Source of the DNA: a virus
Lineage: Duplodnaviria; Caudoviricetes
Length of the DNA: 64,000 bases
Reading direction: 5' to 3' (one strand)
Virus record (IMG/VR): IMGVR_UViG_3300042502_000300
Coordinates: 171-64,170 of that record
Position numbers and translations under genes: made by a program. Positions 1-8,894 of this stretch are shown here, in pieces. The stretch's first letter is position 1, and every line of letters begins with the position of its first letter. The notes below the pieces were generated by a model, which saw only the letters and a list, made by a program, of their open reading frames with translations, had not been told where the DNA came from and ran no database searches.

Positions 1-45
1 GGCGGCCCTGAATGCCTTGTATACCCTGTATACCTTGTGAACCCG
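1..45. repeat. Terminal direct overlap, identical to 63956-64000 (circular assembly junction)
   Basis: GGCGGCCCTGAATGCCTTGTATACCCTGTATACCTTGTGAACCCG occurs at both ends, and joining them keeps the collagen ORF in frame. Confidence 0.8.
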
Positions 46-1387
46 TAGCACCCGTAGTACCCGTAGTTCCTTGCGATCCCGTAGCTCCCGTAGTACCTGT
101 AGTTCCTTGCGATCCCGTAGCTCCCGTAGTACCTGTAGTTCCTTGTGATCCGGTTGCGCCTGTAGTACCCGTAGTTCCTTGGCGGCCCTGTATACCCTGT
201 ATACCCTGTATACCTTGTGAACCCGTAGCACCCGTAGTACCCGTAGCTCCTTGTGAACCGGTAGCTCCCGTAGTACCTGTAGTACCTTGTGATCCCGTAG
301 CACCCGTAGTACCTTGAGACCCTGTTGTTCCTACCGTACCTTGAGAACCAATTGCTCCTTGGGTACCCGTAGAACCTACAGCTCCTTGACTACCTGTTGC
401 TCCTGTAAATCCTTGAACACCAGTAAGTCCTTGAATACCTTGAGATCCTGTACTCCCGGTTGCACCAGTTGTACCTTGAGATCCCGTTGCACCTGTTGTA
501 CCAGTACTTCCTTGAGCACCTGTATTACCAGTAATACCTGTAGTACCTTGTGCACCAACAGCTCCTTGTGCTCCTGTGTTACCAGTTGCACCAGTAAAAC
601 CTTGTAAACCAGTGGTTCCTTGAGCACCAGTATTACCTGTAATACCTTGTAATCCTAAAATACCCTGTAAGCCTTGAGCACCGGTATTTCCTAGTATACC
701 TTGTATTCCTTGTAGTCCAATCAAACCTTGAGAACCGGTAGTACCAATGGTTCCTTGAGCACCTACTGCCCCTTGACTTCCGGTAGAACCTGTTGTTCCC
801 TGTGCACCTGTGGCACCAATACTACCTTGTGCTCCAGTAGCTCCTGTTAAACCTTGTATTCCAGTAGCCCCCTGAGACCCTGTTGCGCCTGTAGCACCTG
901 TAGTTCCTTGGCTACCAACTGTCCCCTGAGCACCGATAGATCCTTGTGATCCTGTCACACCTTGAACTCCTATAATACCTTGTATTCCCTGAGATCCAGT
1001 ATTACCCAATGTACCTTGTATTCCCTGAATTCCCTGAACACCCTGTATACCTTGAATACCTTGAGAACCAGTTGCGCCCGTCGTTCCTTGTGATCCCGTA
1101 GCTCCTTGTGAACCTGTTATACCTTGAATACCTTGAGAACCAGTTGCGCCCGTCGTTCCTTGAGAACCTGTTATACCCTGTGATCCCGTATTACCTACAG
1201 TACCTTGTGTACCTTGAATACCCGTAAAACCCTGAATACCTGTAGTACCCTGAATACCTTGAGCGGCATAAGCTCCATTTAAACCCTGTAAACCTTGCGT
1301 ACCTTGCGCGCCTTGAATACCAGTGGTTCCTTGAGGCCCTCTTAATCCAGTGGTTTTTAAATTACCGTATTTATCTACTACCTGCAT
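1..1387 (-). CDS. Collagen-like fibre protein, N-terminal part (continues across the junction into 62670-63955; about 890 aa if joined)
   Basis: ATG at 1387 ([26 protein letters not shown]...) is followed by an open Gly-X-Y frame (GTTGATGSQ and GIQ repeats) to the window edge; absent from the ORF track because it has no stop in the window. Confidence 0.9.
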   Translation of the reverse strand, partial: MQVVDKYGNLKTTGLRGPQGTTGIQGAQGTQGLQGLNGAYAAQGIQGTTGIQGFTGIQGTQGTVGNTGSQGITGSQGTTGATGSQGIQGITGSQGATGSQGTTGATGSQGIQGIQGVQGIQGIQGTLGNTGSQGIQGIIGVQGVTGSQGSIGAQGTVGSQGTTGATGATGSQGATGIQGLTGATGAQGSIGATGAQGTTGSTGSQGAVGAQGTIGTTGSQGLIGLQGIQGILGNTGAQGLQGILGLQGITGNTGAQGTTGLQGFTGATGNTGAQGAVGAQGTTGITGNTGAQGSTGTTGATGSQGTTGATGSTGSQGIQGLTGVQGFTGATGSQGAVGSTGTQGAIGSQGTVGTTGSQGTTGATGSQGTTGTTGATGSQGATGTTGATGSQGIQGIQGIQGRQGTTGTTGATGSQGTTGTTGATGSQGTTGTTGATGSQGTTGTTGATGSQGIQGIQGIQGR

Positions 1388-1707
1388 CTTACTGTATTAA
1401 TATTAGGCATATCTTGACCCTCTATAGTGTATGTTGTGCCTGATATGTTACACAAAGCTTCTATGCGATCTCCTTCATCTAAAAGGTATCTAAATTCATC
1501 AGTAGGTACATCTCCACCATCAAGCTCCAATGAATAGACATCTATTGTTGAAGCAGTAGATGACGTATATTTAGATATAGTTATAGTATAAGCAGAAGGA
1601 TTGTAGAATCTGATGAAATAAACTTCAGATATATTATTATCAGGCGCCGTATGTAATACCGTACCTGATGTTGAAACAATACCTTCATTACTAAACTTAC
1701 CAGTCAT
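1378..1707 (-). CDS. Small beta-rich virion-associated protein
   Basis: 109-aa ORF between the spike-base gene and the collagen gene, overlapping the collagen start. Confidence 0.6.
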   Translation of the reverse strand: MTGKFSNEGIVSTSGTVLHTAPDNNISEVYFIRFYNPSAYTITISKYTSSTASTIDVYSLELDGGDVPTDEFRYLLDEGDRIEALCNISGTTYTIEGQDMPNINTVRCR

Positions 1708-1726
1708 ATTGATATAGAAATACCTA

Positions 1727-1987
1727 TTACCATAATGCGATAATATTCGTAGCTGATGTATTTGTAGAGAAAACTCTAGTTACCTGTATTGGTAAAAATG
1801 ATCCTGCCAATACACCGTAAAATACAACGTCATCACCACCTGCTGTCATGACTCTTAAGTTTCCAGCGCCGCCTACATAAAGAACGCAAGGCCAGTTTAT
1901 ATCTCCGCCACCTACATATGGAATGTCAGCTGTATTACTTGGGGTAACGACCGCCGCTCTTTCAACTTGTAATTTTTGATTTGCCAT
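1727..1987 (-). CDS. Head spike base protein (RcGTA rcc01079-like)
   Basis: The pattern AVVTPS...LYVGGAGNLRV...G.DVVF...GSFLPIQVTRVFST.TSATNIIALW matches the rcc01079 spike-base family as I recall it. Confidence 0.75.
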   Translation of the reverse strand: MANQKLQVERAAVVTPSNTADIPYVGGGDINWPCVLYVGGAGNLRVMTAGGDDVVFYGVLAGSFLPIQVTRVFSTNTSATNIIALW

Positions 1988-1990
1988 CTT

Positions 1991-2251
1991 TTATTTTTTT
2001 GTTGTCTTACCGTTTGCACCATTGCGCGCACGATTAATACTTGGTTTTTCTTTTACAAATTTACCACTTTTTGTGGAACTCATGTCAGGGCCTCCCTTGC
2101 CATCAATGCCAACAGCACGACGAGCCTTTGTATGTGCCGCTCTATATGACTTTCGTTCTTCTGTAGAGTTCAACTCACGCTGATATTCTCTCCTCTTCTC
2201 CGCTGCCTTCGGATTGCTCGCGTAGTACTTTGACGTCTTGCTTTGTCCCAT
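1991..2251 (-). CDS. Small basic phage protein
   Basis: Lys/Arg-rich 86-aa ORF in a tightly packed operon. Confidence 0.7.
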   Translation of the reverse strand: MGQSKTSKYYASNPKAAEKRREYQRELNSTEERKSYRAAHTKARRAVGIDGKGGPDMSSTKSGKFVKEKPSINRARNGANGKTTKK

Positions 2252-2405
2252 AAAAAATTCTATTTACCAATAATCCAGGATCGTTCCACGCTTCTTGTCT
2301 AGCTCCACATCCGCAGTCCTCTCCGACTAGCTTGTCTAGTCCGGTAACTTTGGTGATAGCAGCGACCGTGTCACCAATCCCTTTATGTCTCTTTATAATG
2401 ATCAT
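2175..2405 (-). CDS. Hypothetical phage protein (GDTVAAIT...DCGC type)
   Basis: GIGDTVAAITKVTG...DCGCGARQEAWN motif, commonly seen in Bacteroidota phages. Confidence 0.7.
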   Translation of the reverse strand: MIIIKRHKGIGDTVAAITKVTGLDKLVGEDCGCGARQEAWNDPGLLVNRIFYGTKQDVKVLREQSEGSGEEERISA

Positions 2406-2701
2406 CCTTTAATCCACTTCTTACTAGGAGATGCCGTCTTACTAGGTGACCACTTTGCTTTGTCAGCCCAATAAGCAGCGCTCATCTTACCCTTAGATAT
2501 ATTCTTAGCATGACGACTCTTAAATGCCTCTCGCTGACCAACCGTCTGATTGGTCTTAACTCCCTGCTGACCGAAACGAATAAGCTTCACCTGGTCACCT
2601 TCCTTTGCCACAACAACGTGACTCTTAGTTGGGTGACTAGGTGTTCGTTTAGGTTTATTAAAACCTGTAACGCCTGCTCTTTCTAAACGAGGGTCTTTCA
2701 T
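2402..2701 (-). CDS. Conserved small basic phage protein
   Basis: NKPKRTPSHPTKSHVVVAK...IRFGQQG...FKSRH...SAAYWADKAKW, a widespread phage family. Confidence 0.85.
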   Translation of the reverse strand: MKDPRLERAGVTGFNKPKRTPSHPTKSHVVVAKEGDQVKLIRFGQQGVKTNQTVGQREAFKSRHAKNISKGKMSAAYWADKAKWSPSKTASPSKKWIKG

Positions 2702-2994
2702 TACTTACGCTTAGCCAATTTAGCCATTGCAGCTTTCATACCGTACTCTCTTGACATCTCTTTCTTGCCTTCTTTTTTCTCATGTTTTACCATAGCGGCC
2801 TTAGATGCGTACTTCTCTCCGGTCTTCTTCTCAACCATTGGTTTGCTTTTTGCTTTCATAACTTTTGTTGTTTTTGCTGCTTGTTTAAAATTACTTGCTG
2901 TTGGAGCTCCCTTGTCTCCAGGTTTGCGCATTGTCTCGCCTGATCCAGCTTTAATTCGCTCTCTCTTTGCGTGAATGTTGCTATATAGTCCCAT
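2701..2994 (-). CDS. Small basic phage protein
   Basis: MGLYSNIHAKRERIKAGSGETMRKPG motif; start moved to the ATG at 2994, downstream of a promoter. Confidence 0.8.
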   Translation of the reverse strand: MGLYSNIHAKRERIKAGSGETMRKPGDKGAPTASNFKQAAKTTKVMKAKSKPMVEKKTGEKYASKAAMVKHEKKEGKKEMSREYGMKAAMAKLAKRK

Positions 2995-3000
2995 TATGAA

Positions 3001-3018
3001 TATATTTGTACAAATATA
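3001..3018. promoter_or_regulatory. Back-to-back Bacteroidota -7 boxes (bidirectional promoter)
   Basis: Perfect palindrome TATATTTG-TA-CAAATATA between divergent starts at 2994 (-) and 3024 (+). Confidence 0.7.
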
Positions 3019-3023
3019 ATAAA

Positions 3024-3548
3024 ATGAAACCAAAAGTAAAAATTCATAAGCGTAGAAGACGCAGGAAAAAGGTATATACCGGTAGAGAGACTAGATGGGA
3101 CTTCATGCAACATTGGACAGTTATACGCAAATGGGCCGTCCTGAACTATGAACTTAAGAGCACGGCAGACCTAGAGATATTAATGCACCTATACTCACGA
3201 CAACTGTTTACCCTACCCGAATGCTATGAATGGGCAAAGTTTATGTCTTGGGATCGACACCGATTTAATAGATTGCTTGCTGAAGGTTGGATACATGTAT
3301 GGAGGACTAGAAGTTTAGGTGAGTCAGCCATGTATGAACTGACACATAAGGCTAAGAAGATGATCACCTCAGTGTATAAGAAAATGACAGGCCTAGAGCC
3401 AATTCCTGAATCATCTAGACGAAATAAGGCGTTCAGAAAGAACGCCCCATTCGCACAAAAAACATTAGCTAATGCTATACGTTCATTTAATCAAGAACAC
3501 AAACAACATCTTTCTCTTGTATTAGATAAAGACGAGTTTCCCCAATAA
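3024..3548 (+). CDS. Winged-helix (MarR-like) DNA-binding protein
   Basis: ADLEILMHL...FNRLLAEGWI...YELTHKAKK wHTH pattern. Confidence 0.65.
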   Translation: MKPKVKIHKRRRRRKKVYTGRETRWDFMQHWTVIRKWAVLNYELKSTADLEILMHLYSRQLFTLPECYEWAKFMSWDRHRFNRLLAEGWIHVWRTRSLGESAMYELTHKAKKMITSVYKKMTGLEPIPESSRRNKAFRKNAPFAQKTLANAIRSFNQEHKQHLSLVLDKDEFPQ

Positions 3549-3747
3549 AGACATCATGGCCTGCCACCTTATCAAATAGGATGGTATCCCCTGCCTTAAT
3601 GTCTAAGACATTAGTGCCAGGCTCAACGATGCGTGCCTTGTGGTATCTCAAATCGTCAGAGTCCTCCCCTGATAGGAGAAGACCGGACTTTGTTTCCTTT
3701 TGCTCGATGATCTTGTCGATCAAGATAAACTTATTTATTACCTTCAT
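3487..3747 (-). CDS. groES: Co-chaperonin GroES
   Basis: ETKSGLLL mobile loop, IKAGDTILFDK and IQEKDVV; adjacent to groEL. Confidence 0.92.
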   Translation of the reverse strand: MKVINKFILIDKIIEQKETKSGLLLSGEDSDDLRYHKARIVEPGTNVLDIKAGDTILFDKVAGHDVFIGETRLYLIQEKDVVCVLD

Positions 3748-5299
3748 AGTCTCTTACGTTTGTGATGATTGAACTCGTGCTCATGATCGTCGTAGCGACT
3801 GACACGGCGTTTAATAAGGCGTTCTTAGTGACTTTCGCTGGGTCAATGATACCAAGCTTCATCATGTCGCCGTACTGCTCTCCCTTAACGTCGTATCCCT
3901 CGTTCTCGATAGGTAACAACCCACCAATAATCTCGTCAGCGTCTTTACCGGCATTTGTCACGATCTGACGCATAGGCGCCTCAAGTGCATGGTGCATGAT
4001 CTTAATAGCAGTTGAACTCAAGTCAGAAATGTTGCGAGCTCGTGAGTTGATTAATGCAGACCCACCACCAGGAAGGATACCCTCCTCCTTAGCAGCTCTT
4101 ACCGCACACACAGCATCGTCAATACGATCCTTCTTCTCCTTCTGCTCAATGTCGCTCAATGCTCCAACATATATAACAGCAACACCGCCTGATAAGTTGG
4201 CAACTCGCTCGTTCACGAAGTCAACCTCGTTCTTGTCAGTTATACCGTTCGTTGATTCTTTTAATGATGCGATATGAGATTCAACGGCGTCAGCCGTTTC
4301 GATTGTTGGGATAAAGATCGTATTGTCCTTACTAACAACTACGCGTGCAGCTGTTCCCAATGTATCTAACGTGATTAACGATAAGTCATCACCAGTATTC
4401 TCACTGAAATATGTTCCGCCCAAAGCGATTGCCAAGTCGTCCAATAAATCTTTCTGACGGTAACCAAATGATGGAGGTAAGATGTTACATGCCTTAATTT
4501 TACCCTGAGCAACGTTCATGTTCAACGTAGCCAAAGCGTTTGCACCTAACTCACCGATGATCAACAAAGACTTTCCTTGAGATACAATAGGAGCTAAGAT
4601 CTTCTCCAAGTTCATTAAGTTATTGATCTCATGGTCGCTGATCAAGATGTATGGGTTCTCTAACACACACTCCTGACGCTTATGGTCGTTGATGAAATAC
4701 TTCGATGTCATACCGCGCTCGATACGCATACCCTTCAATACGTCAACATATGTATTGGTTGTCTGACTGTTCTCAACAGTTACCATGTCAACCTGACTGA
4801 ACGCATCGCCGATCATCTTACCGATCTCCTTGTCATTGTTCGCGCTGATTGATGCCACGTCGTATAACTTCTTACCGGTAACTTTCTTGCTTACCTTGTC
4901 AAGATCTTTTACAACTTTAGCTGTAATTTCGTTAATCTCACGGATTACCTCAGTTACATTGTCCTCGTCAGTCAAATGCTCGTCAGCAGCGTCGATAATA
5001 GCCTCGGCTAATACAATCGATGTAGTCGTTCCGTCACCTGCAACCGTCGCAGTGCGCTCAGCTGCCTGACGCATCATGATTACAGCCAAGTTCTCGACCG
5101 GATCCAACAAATTAATCGACTTAGCGACAGTCACACCGTCCTTTGTTACCGTAATACCACCGATGTGGTTCTCTGATTCAATTAGTACCGTGCGTCCGCG
5201 CGCCCCTAAAGTACTTTTTACTGCTCCGGCAATCGTCTTGATCCCCTTTTTGAGCTTTTTTTGGCCTTCAGAGGCCTCTAATACTTGTTTTACTACCAT
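3731..5299 (-). CDS. groEL: Chaperonin GroEL (phage-encoded)
   Basis: STLGARGRTV, VTKDGVTVAK, AGDGTTT, GILPGGG and GIIDPAKV motifs; likely start is the ATG at 5299. Confidence 0.97.
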   Translation of the reverse strand: MVVKQVLEASEGQKKLKKGIKTIAGAVKSTLGARGRTVLIESENHIGGITVTKDGVTVAKSINLLDPVENLAVIMMRQAAERTATVAGDGTTTSIVLAEAIIDAADEHLTDEDNVTEVIREINEITAKVVKDLDKVSKKVTGKKLYDVASISANNDKEIGKMIGDAFSQVDMVTVENSQTTNTYVDVLKGMRIERGMTSKYFINDHKRQECVLENPYILISDHEINNLMNLEKILAPIVSQGKSLLIIGELGANALATLNMNVAQGKIKACNILPPSFGYRQKDLLDDLAIALGGTYFSENTGDDLSLITLDTLGTAARVVVSKDNTIFIPTIETADAVESHIASLKESTNGITDKNEVDFVNERVANLSGGVAVIYVGALSDIEQKEKKDRIDDAVCAVRAAKEEGILPGGGSALINSRARNISDLSSTAIKIMHHALEAPMRQIVTNAGKDADEIIGGLLPIENEGYDVKGEQYGDMMKLGIIDPAKVTKNALLNAVSVATTIMSTSSIITNVRDYEGNK

Positions 5300-5351
5300 T
5301 TTATTTGAATTTAGATACAAAAATAGTAATAAATTGTCATATATTTGTATT

Positions 5352-5984
5352 ATGGCATACATAGAACACAACTTTTTCCCACTAAAGGTATTCGTTAGAA
5401 ACGAGTACATGTACCAACACACCAAAGGACAAGGTGAATTCACCCCAGGAGTGATCATGTCGGTTAGATGTATGCCCGGACAAGCTGCGTTGTTCCAAGT
5501 ACTACTTGAAAATGGTGTCATGAGAGACAAATTACCTAGTCACGCACTACTTACCGAGCCTGAGACGCCTGAGGTAGACCTGCCGTTTCACTTTTTACAG
5601 ATATGGAACTGCTTCTCATACAACTTCACCCTACTACACCTCTCATATGTGTATGATACCAAGGTAGAAGTGTTCATGAAGGACCATAAGTTCTATCCAG
5701 GTAGCTACTATGCGACAATAAACTGGGGATCAAACGACCTAAATACCGACCTGTCACTAGCAGAAGATCCGCTAGAACATAAGTCACACCATATCATCCT
5801 ACTAGACAACGGGCAGATCGCCCTACAGCCAAACAATCGTATCAAATGGTCTGAGCCTAGCTTTGTAACTAAACCATTCCCCGAACGACCTGACTATATG
5901 GTCAACAAAGATTACTACAACTGTGAGGGATTTGAAAAGTGGCAGACCGAAGACTCCGAGCGAATGTTCTACGATACGGAATAA
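5352..5984 (+). CDS. Conserved phage protein of unknown function
   Basis: MAYIEHNFFPLKVFVRNEY...LQIWNCFSY...EHKSHH...GQIALQPNNR family pattern; TATATTTG at 5340-5347 just upstream. Confidence 0.85.
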   Translation: MAYIEHNFFPLKVFVRNEYMYQHTKGQGEFTPGVIMSVRCMPGQAALFQVLLENGVMRDKLPSHALLTEPETPEVDLPFHFLQIWNCFSYNFTLLHLSYVYDTKVEVFMKDHKFYPGSYYATINWGSNDLNTDLSLAEDPLEHKSHHIILLDNGQIALQPNNRIKWSEPSFVTKPFPERPDYMVNKDYYNCEGFEKWQTEDSERMFYDTE

Positions 5985-5986
5985 TA

Positions 5987-6125
5987 TGTCGCAAATATAG
6001 CAAACATTTGCCCCCAATCTGTCACAGTAATTTAAAAAATTGTGACAAGAATGTCCAGTTTTTTGTCACAAAAACATGACAAATTTGTGACGGAAATGTC
6101 GCAAGTATCTACTAAATATGCGACA
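5987..6125. repeat. Array of five 28-30 bp imperfect TGTC...GACA palindromes
   Basis: Units at 5987-6015, 6020-6047, 6052-6081, 6064-6092 and 6097-6125. Confidence 0.8.
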
Positions 6126-6216
6126 CACCTATATACTAAAAGTACCACAGGTGCTATTGATTAGAATGATTATTTAGCGAAGGGGGTCCGCTTAATTATG
6201 GCGAATATGCCACAAT

Positions 6217-6244
6217 AAAAAAGGGCTACCTTTCGATAGCCCCT
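6217..6244 (-). terminator. Intrinsic terminator between convergent genes
   Basis: GGGCTA/TAGCCC hairpin with an A6 tract (U tract on the - strand). Confidence 0.7.
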
Positions 6245-6254
6245 CTAGAATAAA

Positions 6255-7412
6255 TTATTGGTTTACCTGATTATATTGGAAACCTCCTCTTGTATAAGCA
6301 TCTCTTTCGGCCGCTTCCTTTTTAGCTTTTTCGCCAATTGCTTTCAATTTAGTGTCGATAGTATTTCTATTGGTTGCATTATCTTGAGAATATTTGTATT
6401 CAGCAATACGACCTCTTTTGTCGATTGGCTCCTCATTCTTATTTTTACCCTCATTGTATCCAGGAGTAAAATAACTAAGGTTACCCTTCTCCATTTTCTT
6501 GCTATATCTTTGAGCACCTCTAGATTGCTTAACTTCCATCTTAGCGGCAGCAACCTGTTTTGCTTTGCCTTCTGGTGAAAGAGTATTATCTCTACGAGCC
6601 TCTTGTAAACCCTTTTTCAAATAATCTTTTCGGATACCCTTAATTTCTTTTGAAGAAAGATCAGTGAAGTCTTGACCTGCTGCACCTGTACTAGCCTTAG
6701 CTTTGAATAACTTCTCTTCTCTATTATACCCTCTAGAATTATCTCCTGTCTTACCAATCGATCCAATTACTTGCTTAACATAACGCTTACCAGATCCTTT
6801 AGTCGTAGCTCCCTTACCAAGGAAATTCATATCAGGACTTTTACCTCTGCGAATTGGTTTACCAGGACTAACAAAAGCTGGGTTTTCTTTTTCAACAAAT
6901 TGTTTGATACCACCTTTTCTAGTTTTAATAGGTTCAGGCTTAAGAATATTCATTGTACCTGTAAGCTCTGGCACCTTAGGTTGTTCTCTTTTAACAGGAG
7001 CAGTAGGTTTAGCAACATCACCCATAAAATTTGCCCATTTGCCACGTTGAGTGTCTTTACTTACCTTTACCCAACCATAATCAGGCGCATCTGGATTATT
7101 CTTTTTTTGATATGCATTGAACTCAGCTAATTCACCAGCCTCTAATTTTCTCATATTACTATCAGAAGTATTTCCAGCATCTAAAACTCTGTAATCAGCT
7201 GGACCTTGCAACTTACTCTTTTTATAAGCCTCCATCTGCTTATTATAAGCCTTTACTTCATTGTCGTAGTTCTTATAAGCTTTATAATTCTGATCATACT
7301 TATCCCAATCACCTTGGTTGGATACATTAGATACCCCAGGTTTTGTACTCACAGATGGTTTCTGTGGTGGAGTTGTCTTTGTGGTCAATCGACCTGTCTT
7401 CATTCTTGCCAT
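6255..7412 (-). CDS. Lys-rich hypothetical protein
   Basis: 385-aa ORF with no recognisable motif. Confidence 0.75.
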   Translation of the reverse strand: MARMKTGRLTTKTTPPQKPSVSTKPGVSNVSNQGDWDKYDQNYKAYKNYDNEVKAYNKQMEAYKKSKLQGPADYRVLDAGNTSDSNMRKLEAGELAEFNAYQKKNNPDAPDYGWVKVSKDTQRGKWANFMGDVAKPTAPVKREQPKVPELTGTMNILKPEPIKTRKGGIKQFVEKENPAFVSPGKPIRRGKSPDMNFLGKGATTKGSGKRYVKQVIGSIGKTGDNSRGYNREEKLFKAKASTGAAGQDFTDLSSKEIKGIRKDYLKKGLQEARRDNTLSPEGKAKQVAAAKMEVKQSRGAQRYSKKMEKGNLSYFTPGYNEGKNKNEEPIDKRGRIAEYKYSQDNATNRNTIDTKLKAIGEKAKKEAAERDAYTRGGFQYNQVNQ

Positions 7413-7540
7413 TCTAGCGCGATTTTTATGATTAATAAGTTTATATGCAACTCATATGAGTCCAGAAGATCGTCCGGTCGGTAGTACTCAAAGCCTACAT
7501 TTAAACCATACGGTATTCTGTTCTCTATGTAGATGTTCAT
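7400..7540 (-). CDS. Small hypothetical protein (46 aa)
   Basis: MNIYIENRIPYGLNVGFEYY...LEWQE*, overlapping both neighbours; below the ORF-track cutoff. Confidence 0.65.
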   Translation of the reverse strand: MNIYIENRIPYGLNVGFEYYRPDDLLDSYELHINLLIIKIALEWQE

Positions 7541-7797
7541 GGTTTCATTTGTCTTTTTCTGACCTTTGGTTCGTATTCTCTGCCTACCTTGCTTTTTACT
7601 ATCCTTGAAACAAGAGGATTTTTAACAGGTTCCTGCGCTCCATGTACGAAAGGCGTTGTAGTGTGTTTTTGCCATTCAGTTCTCTTAGTTTTCTCCATTT
7701 CATCCTTCATGCTTCTCATACCCTGAGGAGGCGTAGTACGACTTGTCAAGCGATCGATCGCAGCGTTCTTAAATGGGATATTACTGTAGTCTTTCAT
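7537..7797 (-). CDS. Hypothetical protein
   Basis: 86-aa ORF preceded by TATATTTG on the - strand near 7812-7819. Confidence 0.7.
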   Translation of the reverse strand: MKDYSNIPFKNAAIDRLTSRTTPPQGMRSMKDEMEKTKRTEWQKHTTTPFVHGAQEPVKNPLVSRIVKSKVGREYEPKVRKRQMKP

Positions 7798-7829
7798 AAC
7801 TATTTTTTTTACAAATATAATAATTTTTT

Positions 7830-8330
7830 AGATGGTCGGAGGTTTTGGGTAATGGGGGGGTTTCACGCGAACGCTCGCAAAAGGAAAACGTTTTAGAAAT
7901 CGACCGGGGGGTTGCCATTTCCAAAAGTTCGGCCAGGATTTTTGGCTTTTTGGTTTGGGCTGTCGGTCTGACGTTAGGTCGGTCATTCCGTGCGGTCGGT
8001 CGGTGGGTTGGTGTGCGTGTTGGGTGGGTAGGCAAGCCGTATTGATTCCGCGCCCATGTTATTGATACCATACCCATCCCCTCGAGCGCTCGACCAATCG
8101 GTCGGTCAATCAATCAATCGGTCGGTCGTTTTGCGCGGTTGCTCTGACGTGCGGAGGGGAGGGGTTGGGCCTGCCGTAATTAATACCAATCAAACCGAAT
8201 ACATTCATTTGTCGTATCGTTTCACACTGAAAGCCTTTGTCAGTAAGCGTTTGATACGCTTTTATTCCGTGTTCAAACGTGTCTCCTTATTTAGAATGAA
8301 TATAAATTAGCATTTATTTGAATCTTTTTT
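7830..8330. other. GC-rich non-coding strand-switch region, candidate physical genome terminus or packaging region
   Basis: G-runs and GGTC/AATC micro-repeats between divergent late and early blocks, with no credible ORF. Confidence 0.45.
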
Positions 8331-8364
8331 GTTGAAAATGTATTAACAATCCAAATAAGTTTTG

Positions 8365-8372
8365 TAGATTTG
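8365..8372 (+). promoter_or_regulatory. Early promoter -7 box
   Basis: TAGATTTG at the head of the + strand early region. Confidence 0.6.
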
Positions 8373-8376
8373 ATAC

Positions 8377-8783
8377 AAGCAAACGAGCTAAGCATACCAC
8401 AAGAGGTTACGATGACGAATCAGTATTCAAGTGGTAGATTGAAAAGATAAAACTAGACTAAGTGCCTTTCGAGGAGTTCACCTGGGTTAAGCGGTTCAAA
8501 GTAAATCAGTTTAGACAGCTTTATTAAAAGTACATTGACATAAGATATTATTTGAGACTGCAATCGGTGAGGAGGTCAATACGATAACACAAAGCTAGGA
8601 CGAACCTAGGGCATGCGATACACTACTCAGGTGGTCGCATGTCGAAACCACAGCTTCAAAGCTGTAGGGAATAAGAAGAGGGCATGCAGTTTAACGTGGT
8701 ATGCAAAACACCTCTAGCATGCGATGAGCATTTTATGAGAGCGACACTCAGCTAGAGGACTAACCAACTAAATCCAACTAACC
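8377..8783 (+). ncRNA. Long structured early leader RNA
   Basis: About 400 nt without an ORF, containing stems TACCAC/GTGGTA, CTAGG/CCTAG, GCATGCGA/TCGCATGT, ACAGCT/AGCTGT and CCTCTAGC/GCTAGAGG. Confidence 0.55.
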
Positions 8784-8894
8784 ATGGAAGCAAGAATCAT
8801 CAGAATCGAAGGAAGGTATGAAATCATAGGTTTCTTTCAAGACGGCGTATTAGTTAGAACACGCAAATTATTAATCCCATTTAGAGCAAGATAA
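8784..8894 (+). CDS. Small early protein (36 aa)
   Basis: MEARIIRIEGRYEIIGFFQDG...; TAATG-coupled to the next gene. Confidence 0.6.
   Translation: MEARIIRIEGRYEIIGFFQDGVLVRTRKLLIPFRAR

Noticed and set aside
12-627. Pro/Cys/Val-rich ORFs 12-317, 314-607 and 376-627
   Set aside because: These are antisense or off-frame shadows of the collagen Gly-X-Y repeats
5076-5530. Long overlapping N-terminal extensions of groEL and the divergent gene
   Set aside because: Family motifs begin at ATG 5299 (-) and ATG 5352 (+), with promoter boxes between them, so the overlap is an ORF-calling artefact
5987-6125. Possible mini-CRISPR array
   Set aside because: The units are not identical repeats separated by unique spacers, and there are no cas genes
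7642-8310. ORFs 7642-7896, 7781-8113, 7845-8045 and 8056-8310
   Set aside because: They arise from the GC-rich low-complexity region, have atypical composition and overlap each other
8411-8445. Second hammerhead-like string ATGACGA...GAAA
   Set aside because: The core starts with A rather than C, and I could not close stems I and III with a UH site
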